From: the human T2T-CHM13v2.0 reference genome, Homo sapiens
Assembly: GCF_009914755.1 (NCBI RefSeq)
Contig: NC_060935.1
Length of the DNA stretch: 64,000 nt
Strand: one strand, 5' to 3'
Shown here: positions 46,105 through 61,318 of the stretch, one piece after another
Numbering within the stretch: the first letter of the stretch is position 1
How the letters are laid out: the number at the start of each line of letters is the position of its first letter
The notes under the pieces: generated by a model
What the model was told of the DNA's origin: nothing
Databases searched by the model: none
Seen by the model: only the letters and a program-made list of their open reading frames with translations
Position numbers and translations under genes: made by a program

Positions 46105-49100
46105 AAAAAACATATTATTGTTATTTATTAATGTGGAGAAGAGCCTTCCAAAGGCAGCTGCAAATGTCCTTGTCATGCAGAGGCAGCAGTGGTCAGGAGC
46201 TCTGCCGACCAATGCTTTAGGTGCCTATTTACAAGGATGACATTCTGAAAAAAATGGCAGGAAACTTCAGAAGAAAAAAAAAACGCTTTTCTTCCAAAGT
46301 AGGTATATTCTGACACTCACACCTTCAGGCTGTTGCCCCCATGGGAAGTGAAAGGATGACTGGTTTCTGGCAGTGTGACACCAGGAGCATGCTCCTAGGC
46401 TCATGGAACAGACCGAAGAGCTCCCTCCAAGACAAACTTCCCACAGCCCTTCCCTTTCTTTCTTCTGAAAATCTGTATCTTTCTTTTCAAGCCACCACTT
46501 AAAATCTTATTTTGTTGCTACTCTTAGAAACAGTAAAAAAGAGCCCCATACTGGCCATTTTATAAATTAATGTAATTTTAAAGCAGTGGGACATTAAGGC
46601 ATTATTTGTCTCTCTGGCCTTGGTTCCTTTTCCGCATACTGCAATCATTCAACTACATCTTACACTCCACCATGTCCATGTCCATGACACTGCTTATGAC
46701 TAGTGACTAGAAGACTGAACATCAATTGTGCCCACCTGCAGATAGAGAGAAAGTCATCCAGTCACATTACCACTTTGGTGGAAGGCACTCTTATAAAATT
46801 CATCAGCCAGGTCTGCTATTATAAACACTGGGTCAAAACCGTGGTTGACTTCAAAGTGTTCTCAGAAAGTCTGATAATATGCTATTAAAAGACAATTTTC
46901 CATCTGAAAACCTGACTGGTGGCAACCTTCAGTTGGCCCCTGCATTTCCTCTGAGCTGAAGCAGCCAAGAGATGGAATCATTTGCATGAGGAGTTCTTAC
47001 TGCCACTAAGGTTGTTAGAAAACATGGAATGATCCCTCTGCCCTCCAGGTGATTGAAAGCTATGCAAAACAAGGTTGTTTCTTTCTGAGAGGAAGAAAGG
47101 AATGGGTAAGAAAACTTTTAAGGCATAAATAATATAAAAGGGCACACATTTCAAGATGCATTCATATGACATTATACTACAAAGAAATAAATAATGATTT
47201 TCTCTAATTGGAATTAAAGTCCTTCACATAGTTCATTCACAGGCCTGTTTTGTGCAGTTGGTTACAGACTTGAAGTCAGAACGTGACTGGTTTTTTGCAC
47301 ATCCTCCAGTTTCCTGGGGCTGCTGGAGGACCTCTGAGGGGCTGTCTAAAGGAACACCAGGCGGAGGCCATGTTGTCTTTTCAGCACAGTCCTCTGAGAT
47401 AGGTGGCAAAAATAAGAGGATTCCAATGTAAAATGTTGCTGTCCATTTCTGAAGAGACACAGCTGTCTCCTCTGCTGAACTCTTCTGGATCTTCTGTGTA
47501 TTAGAGCTGACATTGTTTCTATTATCCTGACAGCAAGTATGCTGAGTAGAGATTGGTTCCACATTGTTCTTGATTTTCTCGTGAGGCAACTGGCCACAAT
47601 CGGGGATGCAGAAGCCAGGCATATGGGCATCTTCATTTGACTGAGGGCCTGATTCCCACACCATACTGAGGACAAAGTGCCACCCTAGAGACCACAGGAA
47701 AAGGGCTACTGCTGAAAGTGCCGTTGGTTTTGATGAAACAGCTATTGTTGTTTCAACAATTTTGACAGTTAACACATTCCAGAGGGTCAATCTGAGGCAC
47801 CGCTATGTACATTCCACCACCGTTCAGTAGATGATGAGGCTGTTCAAAATTCACATGTCCTGGTTAGAGAGTTAGTGTGCCCAGAGTAAAGTCCTCCATT
47901 TAAGCTCCCATTCACAGTTGCATTGACTCCATTGGAGACCTTATGGTGAAGGTGGGAAGAGCCACTGCTGAGACTGCCATGGCTCAGGAAGCCTCCATGA
48001 ACATTTCCATTTATCTCATTTGCTCCTGAGAGAGTGGTGTATTCCACCATCTGCCCATTAATATCTGATCCCTGGTAGAGATAACCCAGTGGGTCATATT
48101 TCTCTATGATATTCTGCGGGTGATTCTTCCACAGGCACATTGCAATAAAAAGCCACAAAAATAAGGACCATGACACCCAGCATACAGCCAAGGATCAGAT
48201 ATAACATGTCACTGCTTCTGGCAGGGCTGGTTGCTGGCCTCACATTTCCTTCACTTCCTGAAGAATTCAGAGGGATACTCAAGCCTTTAGGATACTCAGA
48301 AGCTCCAGGAACACGTTTTACTTTACTCTCGCAGATCACCACATTGATAAACTCACTTTCTTCTCCTTCACTGAAGCACTGCATTTTAATGCCATAGGAA
48401 GTTTCTGGCAGCAGATGGCCAATCATGTGCCGCTCCTTTGAACCTTCTACTACATCCCTCTTGTAATCACTGTCATTGTCACTATCTGATGGTCAGTAAT
48501 AGATATAAAAGAATGGAAGTGTTATTGCTACTTCATGGAATGTATGTCCACTTTAGCACTATCTGGGCAACACTGACAGCCTCTGTGTAGGCAATGTGAG
48601 TTCCATTATTGGATGGCTGAAAAAATGACTGGGGAAGTCAGCCACCTGATAAGGACAAGATTCTGCACTCTTAAAACTCCCTTCCTAATGACTGATAGCA
48701 ATGACTTTCAATTTGTATGTTGAACCCAGTTCTAAGCTATGAACTTCAATGGAAATTTTGGAAGCAAGGATATCTTCAGCTGCCACCAGCCAATCACTGG
48801 TCCTCATCCTTTCATATTCAACTTTGAAAGCAGCGATTGGAGAAACCCAATTTTCCAGAAGAATCTGAGTGACATAGACCAATGTCTCTGATGCATTGGA
48901 GATAGTAGGGCCATTTGGTGCCTCTGGAACTTCGCTGTGCCTTCAAGAATCTGTAAGTACCACTCCAAAATTATTTGCAGCTTCTGAAACAACAGGATAC
49001 TTATGGATGCCCATGGGTGGACAGGATGCCTGGGTGTTTTTTGTCAATGCTCTTTTTTCTTTGCTGTTTCAGAAGGTAAGCATGGCAGTTTATCCTTCAC

Positions 49101-51909
49101 CTGCTCCACTTCTTGCTACTATCAAGACTTTGTAAAGACTAGACGGCCCTAGTTCAGCTAAATGGAGCTCATTTTCACTACCTGGGACTCGAACCGTATG
49201 CCCAATTCCTACCAAACCAATCCCATTGTTCATCTTTTGATATTTCATAAAATACACATTAATGGATAGCCCACCATTCCTGCCTGCCCTCCACACCAGG
49301 TTGTACGTATCTGGTGTGTGGGTCTGTCAAGAGATCAGTATGATGGCGGCGTCAGGAACAGCAATGCCATTAACATTTTTTTCTGATGCTGATTCCACTG
49401 CACTGGGATGTACCTTAACTGGACATGAGCTCAATCCAGTTTCTGAACCATCTCTTTTATTTCTTTCATCATTCTGAGTAGCAGCAGAAAGTGTGACTGT
49501 TTCCACTTTTGTATTTGTTTCAAAAGGAACAACCATGAGAGATTCTTCTCCCTGCATGGTACTGTGTCCATCTGCAGCTTCCTATATGTGTTTCCCCACA
49601 TGTTTCTGAGTCACATCCTGAATATGGAGACAGCTAGAGCCAACTTGGGACATGATGAAGTAGACAGGCTTCAGGTCCAAGATTCCAGGTCTTGATAAGT
49701 GTGACTTTGGGGACTTAGATCTAAGGACTTAAGACAGATGGCTGGCTATTAATCCATAGCTGTCATAACCAAGGAAAGACTGGCACTGGCAGCCCAGTGG
49801 CATTGCAGGACACAGTGACAAAGACTCCACATACCACCTTTGCACTTATTGGTGCCATGATTATAACTGGCTTGAATCCATTGTCTTTTTCCAATTTCAA
49901 GTCTTCCAGTAGACTGCATAAATCCAGTCCCATTATCTGTTAAACACTGATACAGCCCAGTATCTTCCATGATAACCCCACTGACTTTCAGTCAATTTCC
50001 TGCAGTTAGATGTCATGGGGAAGGATGAATAGGCTGTGCAATATAAAACCAAGTATGGTTGGCAGCTGGGTTTCCATGAATATGACAGGTAAAATGTGCT
50101 GTGGCACCCAGAGACTGATCCTGTAGTCCTTTATAAATGGAAGCATATTCAAGCACATTAACCATGTATGTCACATACTTTACATCTCCAGTCTTGTTTC
50201 CCACCATGCGGGAATAGTTTCCAGAGTCTACTGGGTCAATGCTATCTGTCGCAACATGAGAATATAACCTTCTTCCAGTTGCTTCCTGGAGCAATATTCC
50301 CTGTCCTTTAGCCAATACACTTGAGGATCCAGGACCCCACTAACCACACACTCCAAGGTTAGAGGAATACGTGAAAAAACAACTAATACCTGTGAACAAG
50401 CAGGAAGAAGAATGTCAAAATCATCTGAAGAAAGGTGACTTATAAGGAGCTTTTGGCCAATGGGTTCAACTTTTAATTCATGTATGACAGGATTATAAGC
50501 CACATATTTGTATGATCCCTTGTCCTGTAAGGATACATTCAAAATGTAAAGTTGTCCTGATGGAAGGATTAAGTAATTCTTTGTGGAATGTTTCAGCCAC
50601 TTCCCCTGGATTTTAGCACACACCTCAACTTTGGGGTTACTCTCTGGTACCCTGCAGCCAATGAAACCAGCACTTTTTTCTTCTGCTGTAATAACATGCT
50701 TTGTGGATGAACCAAAATCACCAAGAACTGCTATGGATACTGTTACAGGGCCACTTACAACAACATCAACCTATTGGAAATGCATTGGTAGTAACCCGAA
50801 AGGGAGGCTTTAAGAGAAAAAAATTGTCAAAGTCCCCTGATGATTCTTAATATATTCCATGTTTCTATCCTATTTTTTTCCATTATGTAACCATGAGATA
50901 TGAGTGGTCACAGGTTTAGCGGAACAATATAGTTCTACAGGCCCACTAAGTTTCTAGACGGCAGAGAGTTACTCAAAAATGAAATAAGGTGCCACGTCTG
51001 AACTCACAGAAAAGCAGAGAATCATCAGAGTAACATACAGTAGTGTCCATAAAGGGCCAAGACCTGGATGCAGAGCACCAGATTACAGAAACAGGCAGGA
51101 CAGACTTCCATACCCAAACCCAGGCCTTGGTTCATTTTCCATAGTAATGCAGTCCAGGGTAAACAAACACATTCTTTAATCTTGACTCCTTCGTGCTCAC
51201 GAAAGACTCTGATAACGGACAGTCTTCATGCTGTCTACAGGGGTCTCCCAATATTAAGAGTAACAGCTGGCTTACATCTTCAGTGATTCAAGTCTGCAAG
51301 GTGTATAGACTTCTGCTGGGGAGGAAAAGCAGAGAAGCCACTTTCTGTACTTAGCCTGGAACTCACTTCAGTGCTATAAACATCATCGCAGTCCTGCCTG
51401 TAATAAAGTCCGGACTAGCAATCTGCCTTTGAGTTGAGCTTTTCTCTTACAAGGTAAGTTGTTAAGTCATGCCTTGATTTTAGATCTCTCCACAGAGAGG
51501 GCTAAGCATCTAGAGCTCCTGCGTGGCAGCCAGCTGGGAAAGCCACCCCTATGTCATGCTCTTCCGAGGGCGGCAGCAGCTGTGGTGACGGCTGCGATCT
51601 GAAGGGGCCCCTCCAGGCCCCGCACAGGGCAAAGGAGGGTGTCGCACGCCAGGGCAGAAGCACTGGGTAGGACCCGGAGGGTGCCGGGTCCCAGGTCTCC
51701 TCACACGGAGCGGCCTAAGCCGGGCACCCGGGCTCAGGGGAGGGTAGCTGGCGGGGCGGAGTGACAGGACGCGCCCCTGCAGCTGTGCTTCTCTGGGCGG
51801 AGGCTTGAGGGCAGGTAACCCGGTGGGCACAAGGCCTGCCAGGAGCAGGAGAGCAGCAGGAGGAGCGACTCGGAGAGAGACGGACGGGGCAGGCTGTAGA
51901 GATGGTCCT
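46105..51909 (-). pseudogene. CDON processed pseudogene (5'UTR + CDS about 47305-51073 + about 1.2 kb 3'UTR)
   Basis: Intronless Ig/FN3/TM fragments ([56 protein letters not shown]); ATG>CTG at 51071-51073; many frameshifts and stops; AATAAA at 46124-46129; TSD CAATAGGTAGTTTT. Confidence 0.95.
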
Positions 51910-52325
51910 CAATAGGTAGTTTTTTAACCCATCCCTCTCCCTCGACCCTCACGTAGTCCAGAGTCTGTTTTTCCCATATTGATGCCTATATGTGTTCAGT
52001 GCTTAGCTCCCGCATATAAGTAAGAATATACAGCATTTGGTTTTCTGATGCTGCATTAATTGGCTTAGGATTACAGCCTCCAGCTCCATCCACATTTCTG
52101 TAAAGGACATGATTTCATTCTTTTTTATGGCTGTGTAGTATTCCATGGTGTATAAGTACCACATTTTACTTATACAGTGTGTAATTGATGGGCACCTAGG
52201 TTGATTATGTCTTTGTTATTGTGAATAGTGCAGCCATGAACATAGGAGTGCATGTGTCATTTTGGTAGAATAATTTATTTTCTTTTGAGTATATACTCAG
52301 TAATGGGATAATTGGATCCAATGGT
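51910..52325 (-). mobile_element. Old L1 3' region, right part (continuation of 45967-46104)
   Basis: TTTTTATGGCTGTGTAGTATTCCATGGTG...GTAATGGGAT L1 3' sequence resumes directly after the TSD. Confidence 0.85.
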
Positions 52326-53229
52326 GCCAGTTACATTTCTTCCTGCTCCAGTTTTTGTTTGTTTTTTTTGTTTGTTTCCCCAAAACGACTGCCTTATTGA
52401 TCTCCAACTTGCGTAGTCAGTCTCTGTAGTAATATGTCATTATTTTCTTTGTTCTCCCTCCCGCCCTCCTACTGGTTCTGCTTCTCCAGTTGAACCCTGA
52501 CTGATACAAGACTAATAGATTTATTTTCACTATTAAGATAGCTATATATAATTTCTTCATTACTCTGCATATCATTCTTTGGCAGACTAAGCTAATCTCA
52601 CTAATATAATCAATACCCACACATGGTTAGCTAACGCTTTATATTTGGGAGATTTAACTCTCATAAAGTTAATATATACTAAACATTCTGTTAGCTAAGA
52701 GAAAACCCTGGAGATTATAAGAAAGACATATTAGAAACTTTTCAATTAATTCAGGCCAACACTACTGTGAGTTTTCCACCTCAGCTGACTTTACATTTTA
52801 TGAACTTATTTCAAAAGTCATTTTCTTTAGTCACCTCCAGAAAGTACAGAATAATATAACATAGAATGTTATAGTCAACAAATTAAAATAAATACAGGTT
52901 ATTTTCACTTTACTAAATATTGTTTGAATTCCTTTTTTTTTTCTTATATATGTCCAGATTTTAAGAGGCAATTTATTCTTAGGACTTCCAAATCCTTATT
53001 TCTTGCTCTATTTTCTTTTCCGAGTTGCACATTCATAAAGCCACCTAGATATTACCCAGGCTCTTAATATAAATTACAGCCACTTCAAGTTCCTCACATC
53101 CAAAAGAACCCATCAGGTTTTGTTCTTGAAAAGTTATTCTCATCTTGTCTTCCTGGTTTCAGGAATCAGTATGACTACTTACCTCCTTATCCATACTGGA
53201 AAACTAAGATTTAGTTTAGACGCTGTTTT

Positions 53230-55247
<2,018 letters not shown>

Positions 55248-55799
55248 TCAACCTCTACATCCTGTCAGGCCCTACACAGTGTTATTAAGTGATTAAACTT
55301 TAAATGTCTGTCAGGTATATTTTGTCCTTCACATTTTTAATTTCTTCTTTCTTAATTCAAAGTTTCATTATCTCCTCCAAATTTCTTCTAATTTTTGGAC
55401 TTACTTCTGCCATTAGATTTAGCCTCAAGAATTGTTTCTGAAAAACCACTTTCCATGGGCACTAGGTGGCCACCCACTGGATTCTCCTTAGGTACTTGTG
55501 CTTGTGCCTGCCACTGGGGGACTTGTAGGTGAACCTGCCCAGTATGGCCCTGCCCATCTTGCCCCAGCTGCCCCCAGAGCTGAGGAGGGAGCCGGGAACG
55601 TTGTGTACTCCAAGAATCAGCCCATTGCCTGGGGCTTCTCCTAGTAAACAAGGGTCAAGTATAAACCCAGCCATGTTGGTCAAAACCAGCTCTAACACAT
55701 AAGCACCATTTACTGGCTTGTAGGTCGAACCGTACAGCCCAATAAAAAAACCTGTAGACAGAAATGCCTAGGGCTGTATGAGAGAAGCTGAAAGACCAG

Positions 55800-55882
55800 C
55801 CAAACCCAGCATTCTCTACATCAACTGACCTTTGACAAAGCAAACAAAAATATAAAGTGGGGAAAGGACACCCTATTCAACA
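55800..55882 (+). mobile_element. L1PB-like ORF2 fragment
   Basis: TTTGACAAAGCAAACAAAAA.ATAAAGTGGGGAAAGGACACCCTATTCAACAA. Confidence 0.7.
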
Positions 55883-56177
55883 AGGGGTCCTCAAACCCTT
55901 GGCCTGTTAGGAACCCGGTAGCACAGCAGTAGGTAAGCAGTAGGTGAGCAAGCATTACCATCTGAGCTCCACCTCCTGTCAGATCAGCAGTGACATTAGA
56001 TTCTCACAGGAGCTGGAACTCTATTGAGAACTGCGCATGCATTGGATCTAGGCGACGTTCTCTTTATGAGAATCTAACCCGTGATGATCTGAGGTGAAAC
56101 ACTTTCATCCCGAAACCATCCCCCTTACCGCTTCCCAGGAAACCAGTCCCTGGTGCGAAAAAGGTTAAGGACCGCTG
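55883..56177. mobile_element. MER1B (hAT-Charlie)
   Basis: GGCCTGTTAGGAACC...CTGAGCTCCACCTCCTGTCAGATCAGC...CCCTGGTGCGAAAAAGGTT..GGACCGCTG. Confidence 0.85.
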
Positions 56178-56854
56178 CTCTACAGTCATACTAGGAAGGA
56201 GGAAAAAGAGAAAGAGTGGGGTGGGGGACAGGTGGGGAAACAAAAACAAACAAAAAGGAAATCCAATAACATTACAGGAAAATTTAAAAATATCCTATCG
56301 GCACAAAAGTAATTACAAAAATTAGAGATGTCTAATCTTGGAAATAGGAGTCCATAATGAACTCCAATACAGCCAATTTAACTTCAAAACCCATCTCTTA
56401 AGGACCAGCTGTCCTACCTCTCCAAAAAGATGGGTTGCAAGACAGGAATAAGCAACTATTTTTTTCTTCAATAGGCAATTATTTTTTTCTTCTTGGTGGC
56501 TCATTTAACATGCACTTCATCAAGAATTTATTAAGTAGGGTGGATAATAGCTTTTCTTGGTGCAGAGAAAAAAGGAAATAAGGTTTTATGGATTCTGACA
56601 ATTGGCAAATAAGCCTGAAGTATAGCAAGGAAGATAACAAGCAAGATAGCAAGGAAGTATCAGTAAGATTCAATAATAGATGGATAAATGGGTTTATATT
56701 CTGGCTAACCCAATACCACTGCAGAATTATATGAATGTAAGGAGAAAAATAATCAGTGTTTAGTTTTAGAAGATGCCTCTATTTCTCCATGAGGACAGAC
56801 AACATAATTTAGAAAGACTGAAAATAGAGGGCAAGAAGAATTTTTAGTAACTTC

Positions 56855-56895
<41 letters not shown>

Positions 56896-57464
56896 TATGT
56901 GTGTGTATACATATGTGTATATGTATATGTTTATGTAGCTCTGGTTTATAAGACCAGAATGGCTCATAAGAGGGGGGATCTTAAAAAGGAAATGTGCCAC
57001 AAGCCAGATACGGACTTGCTCAGGTGAGAAAGGAGATTTAGGGTGTCAAGGTGTTGAACATTCACATGCATGGAAATTATTTCTCTCAGATGAAATCTAC
57101 ATTCCCTCCAACTTTCATTATTTGTTTCCGAAAACATACTTCTATAACTGTGGCTGCTTTATTGTTTCCCCTCAAAAAATTCTCTAGAATTCGTGCAGCT
57201 TGCTTATACTTTATCCATGAACAAATGAACTTTGTGAATTGGTGAATGTAGAAGGCCGAAGGAAAACTGGCCATTTAAATGAAAAAAAAATTATTTAGTT
57301 TCTTGTAAATCCATAAAATGATATTTAGGTTAATATTTTGGTCATAGAAATATGAGAAAAGCTTGAGATTCTAGCTAACTAACTGCCTTCCTCCTCTATT
57401 TTCTCTTTAACTGTTATCACTAGATTTGTATCGTGGTCATCTCTGGGTCAGATATACTTAAGAA

Positions 57465-57830
57465 TGACACCTTGGGAATTTTTGGACAACTCATTCGTGT
57501 TTATAACAGAGCACATTGGCTTCCCAGATCTCCTTCCACCCCACTCACTCTGAGAAGATCCTTAGAAATGAGACTTCTTCAGAGGTTTCCCCTCTGTCAA
57601 TCTGCTCAATTGGGAGTCTCTATTGTAAAGAAAATAGGCAATGACTTCTCAAGTATGAGGAAACTGAGGAAAGACTATTTTTCAAAATTGTCTCAAGTTC
57701 TTTGACAGGACTTAGTGAAAGAGATGTCCTGTGAAGACCACTAAGCCTCCTGTTTTTGCCTTCACTGGCTTTTGGAGACATAATGTACAGTTGAGTCTGT
57801 CCCTGATTCCAGCAGTGCACTTTCAGAGTT
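57465..57830 (+). pseudogene. Very decayed TRIM RING/B-box exon (tentative)
   Basis: DTLGIFGQLI ~ DTLRVFQNELI; RFPLCQ ~ RCPLCR; KEMSCEDH-SLLFLP ~ KELFCEADKRLLCGP, in correct order and similar spacing. Confidence 0.5.
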
Positions 57831-59905
57831 TTCACAACAGCTACTGAAATGAGCTCACACATTATTAAAATGTTAACTCAATTTTTTATGAATCTATTTT
57901 TCCCTTCCTCTGATATAGAAATGTTTCCGGTATTCAGTAATTTTATTTGGCATGGTTTAAAAGAAAAGTTGCGAAAAAAAAAAAAAAAAAAAGAAGAATC
58001 CTAATAATCTATTCCAGGTTAATTTTTTAGTTCTAAAAATCCTATGCATATGTGAAGGTGCTAAGTTTTTTTAAGTGTTAACAGAGACAATTACTTTAGT
58101 GAATGCAGGAATAGTGGATGCCAGAATAGAGAAGGAGAGAAGGAGTCTCCCTGGAGTGAAAAACCTAGTGAGTTACTCCTATATGTTACAATTGACAGCT
58201 AGAATAGATGAAAGAGACCCTATACGTGTGAGAAAAATGTGGTCCCAAGGGCAGCTCTATAAACCAATCTCACAGCATCCACATTGGCAAACAAACAACA
58301 TAAACTACTAGCCTTGAAAAAAATCCCATTGTTCCACACAGGGAGCATTGCAATGGAGTCTGGTAAAAACTGTATACTAGCCTTTTATTCCTGAATATTC
58401 TCAAGACATAAGAGAGTCAGGGTCTTTAAAAATTACTGGTTATTGGAAGTAAAGAATAGACTCAATTCTGACTGAGAATTTTCATTTGATTTGAAAATTT
58501 AGGAGCCACAAATAGGAATTAATCTGGGAAAAACAAAGTGATGATATTGTAGTTTTCAAATTGTGAAATAAAATAAGATTTTGTTGAAGCATCTTAAATA
58601 CATAATACTAGTGACTTTTTTTGTAGCTGTATAAATGTTAACTGCAAATTTTTCCTTATAAAAGTGAGGCAGTATAGCTGCAAGTGCCCTAGGCTGTGAA
58701 CTCAGATCTCAGAGCAGGGCTGATTTCTAGACTGATTAAAAAGCTCAACTGCTTTCTATGTAAGGGGCAGCCCATTAGCAATATGCTCATAATCTAGTAT
58801 TTTTTTGTGAAATCATATGGATAATCTTTTTACTTTAATTATTGAATTTATTTTCAGAAATTATTACATCATTTTGACCTTGCAGACTTTTTATAATTGC
58901 ATACATCCTTGTAATCATATTGGCAAGATGCAGAATGAATCAGTATGAAACTTAAATAGATCTAGGCTCACAATCGGTGACTTACATAATAGGCAAACAG
59001 AATGACAAAGTAAGGGAAAAAAGGAATAAATGGTGCAATGTTCAGAGTTCAGGTAAATTATTCAATGTTACATATAAAATTGTACATTTATTCAGTGTAT
59101 TTAATTTTCAATTGCTAAGAGTAGATTTTTGGGGTTGTCTTTTGTACTGGTGTGCTGTTCTTTATATTATTTTTACAATGGCATATATTATTCATATGAT
59201 ATACAATTTGAATAAATAAAAGTTGTTTTTAAAAAACTAAAATAAAAACTAAGCAAGGAAGCAAAAAAAAATTTAACTTACGGTATGAAGAGCTAATGTT
59301 AAATCAGAAAATTCAGGGTAGCCCAGTGTGAATGCAGAGAGTCAGACAGACTAGAATTTTAAGAAAATTATTTATAAATAATACCTCTAAAATGCTTATA
59401 TATATATTCACTTCAAAAAATAACATGTGTGGACTTCCTTTTGTTTTCTAGGGAAGATCTTGAATAAATGGCAAATTCTGACATCCTTGGCAAATTATGT
59501 TGTTATTTTGAAGTAAGAAATGTTTTCCTGGAAATTATTATTTAGAACTAACAAATGTTTTCAGCCATCTCTGATAGCTGAAGGGAGTTAATGATAGATA
59601 ATTTATAGGGCATTTTGTTATGAAAGTTGAACTCAAATACATTAGTCTTGTATTTGATTTTTGTTATTTGAATTTTCAGAAAATGATTAATGTCTGTGGT
59701 TAGAGATTTGTTTGTTCTGCACATGTATTAGTAATCCTCTACTTTATTAAACAATTTAAACGGAATTGTCATTGGCCTCTTGACCTCATATTGCTCAGTT
59801 ATATAATACCTTGGGAAAAAATACACTTTATATGCTTTTCTGGTGAGATAAGATCCCATTACTCATGTATGTATATGTATGCATGTATCTTTTTTCTTTT
59901 TGCAA

Positions 59906-60375
59906 TGACTATTACTCTGTATCCTGACAAAGCTAATAGCCGTATCCTCCTACTTGGAGATTTGAGAAGCATGAGTGCTGGACGTGATCCTCAAGATCTA
60001 CCATGTACAGCTCCAAGATCTAAGTGTTTTCTTGAATGAGAACTCAGACTCTCACTTTTGGCAGACATTACTTGGAGATGAGAGATTCTTGAAATTGGGC
60101 TTTTGGTGTCTGTAATTATTACTGGAAAGGGAAGAATAGGGATAATGAGATAAATGACGTGGAGAGATTCTCTCCTTAGATTGTTAAAGAGAACTTTCAC
60201 TACAATCTATTTACCACTTCCTCACTTTTATTTCATTATGTGCCATGGTCTTTCAGTCAGAAGAATTTCTAGTTAATGGAAAGGGAACTGTGAACTTTGT
60301 TAATATTGTTCAGTTCCCTTTTATATAGCACTCCTTCTCTTTGTCAGGCCTGTCTTTTACTGTAGTTATTTCTGA
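59906..60375 (+). pseudogene. Decayed TRIM51-like SPRY exon
   Basis: ITLYPDKANSRILLLGDLRSMSAGRDPQD...SKCFL, FGRHYLE, NWAFGVCNYYWK, LFTTS, ...RPVFYCSYF*; acceptor degenerated to tgcaa. Confidence 0.8.
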
Positions 60376-60549
60376 CCAGAAACAAATCAGGAAATTATCC
60401 ATATATGGAGTAACAGAAGTAGCTGAAGGAGCCCTTCTAGTGTGTGTGTCTTCTCAAATAAGATGCATGGGTTATATCTGATTAAGTTCCTTCTAATTTA
60501 ATGAAAGCACATTTACTATGATACTATTGGACGTATTTGGACATCTTAT

Positions 60550-60842
60550 ACTTTTATTTTATTTTATTTTATTGAAATAGAGTCCTGCTCTGTTGGAGGC
60601 TGGAGTGTAGTTGCACAATCTCGGCTCACTGGAACCTCTGCCTTCTGGATTCAAGTGATTATCAGGCCTCAGCCTCCCTGGTAGCTGGGATTACAGGTGA
60701 GCACCACCATGCCTGGCTAATTCCTTTTCGTATTTTTAGTAGAGACAGGGTTTCACCATGTTGGCCAGGCTGGTCTTAAACTCTTGGCCTCAAGTGATCT
60801 GCCTGCCTTGGCCTCCCAAAGTGCTGGGATTACAGGTGGCCT
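60550..60842 (-). mobile_element. Alu (AluS-like)
   Basis: Alu consensus. Confidence 0.9.
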
Positions 60843-61204
60843 GTACCTGTAATTTATACTTTTCAAAATGTGCTTGTGTATATTATTTATTCATTTTATG
60901 AAAATCATCACTCATGATGCATAGCATATTGCTATTCTATGTGAAAAAGTGCTTATTAATCATTAGATTAAGGCAAATTAAAATCACAAGATGAACCACT
61001 AATTGCCCAGAAGAGCAACCAGAATTTACCAAGAGATTTATTACTATGTGTTGACAAAGATGCAGAATGAATGAAATTCCAGTCATACACAGGGGAATGT
61101 AAATTTATACAACCACTTTGAAAACATTTTGGGAAATCTACATAAAGTATTCCTTATGACCCACTAATCCACTCCTAAATATACATCCTACATAAATACA
61201 CTAT

Positions 61205-61318
61205 CTTTTTTTTTGTAGAAATGGGGTCCCACTATGTTACCCAAGCTGGTCTCAAATCCCTGGGCTCAAGCAATCTGCCCGTCTCGGCCTTCCAAAGGAC
61301 TGGAATTACAGGCTGCAC
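61205..61318 (-). mobile_element. Alu monomer (FLAM-like) within old L1 sequence
   Basis: GTAGAAATGGGGTCCCACTATGTT...GGAATTACAGGC. Confidence 0.75.

Noticed and set aside
55388-55730. GC-richer ORFs including an MBD-like YKSPSGR string
   Set aside because: Single short motif; the context beside an L1PB fragment suggests old L1 5'UTR or other repeat sequence
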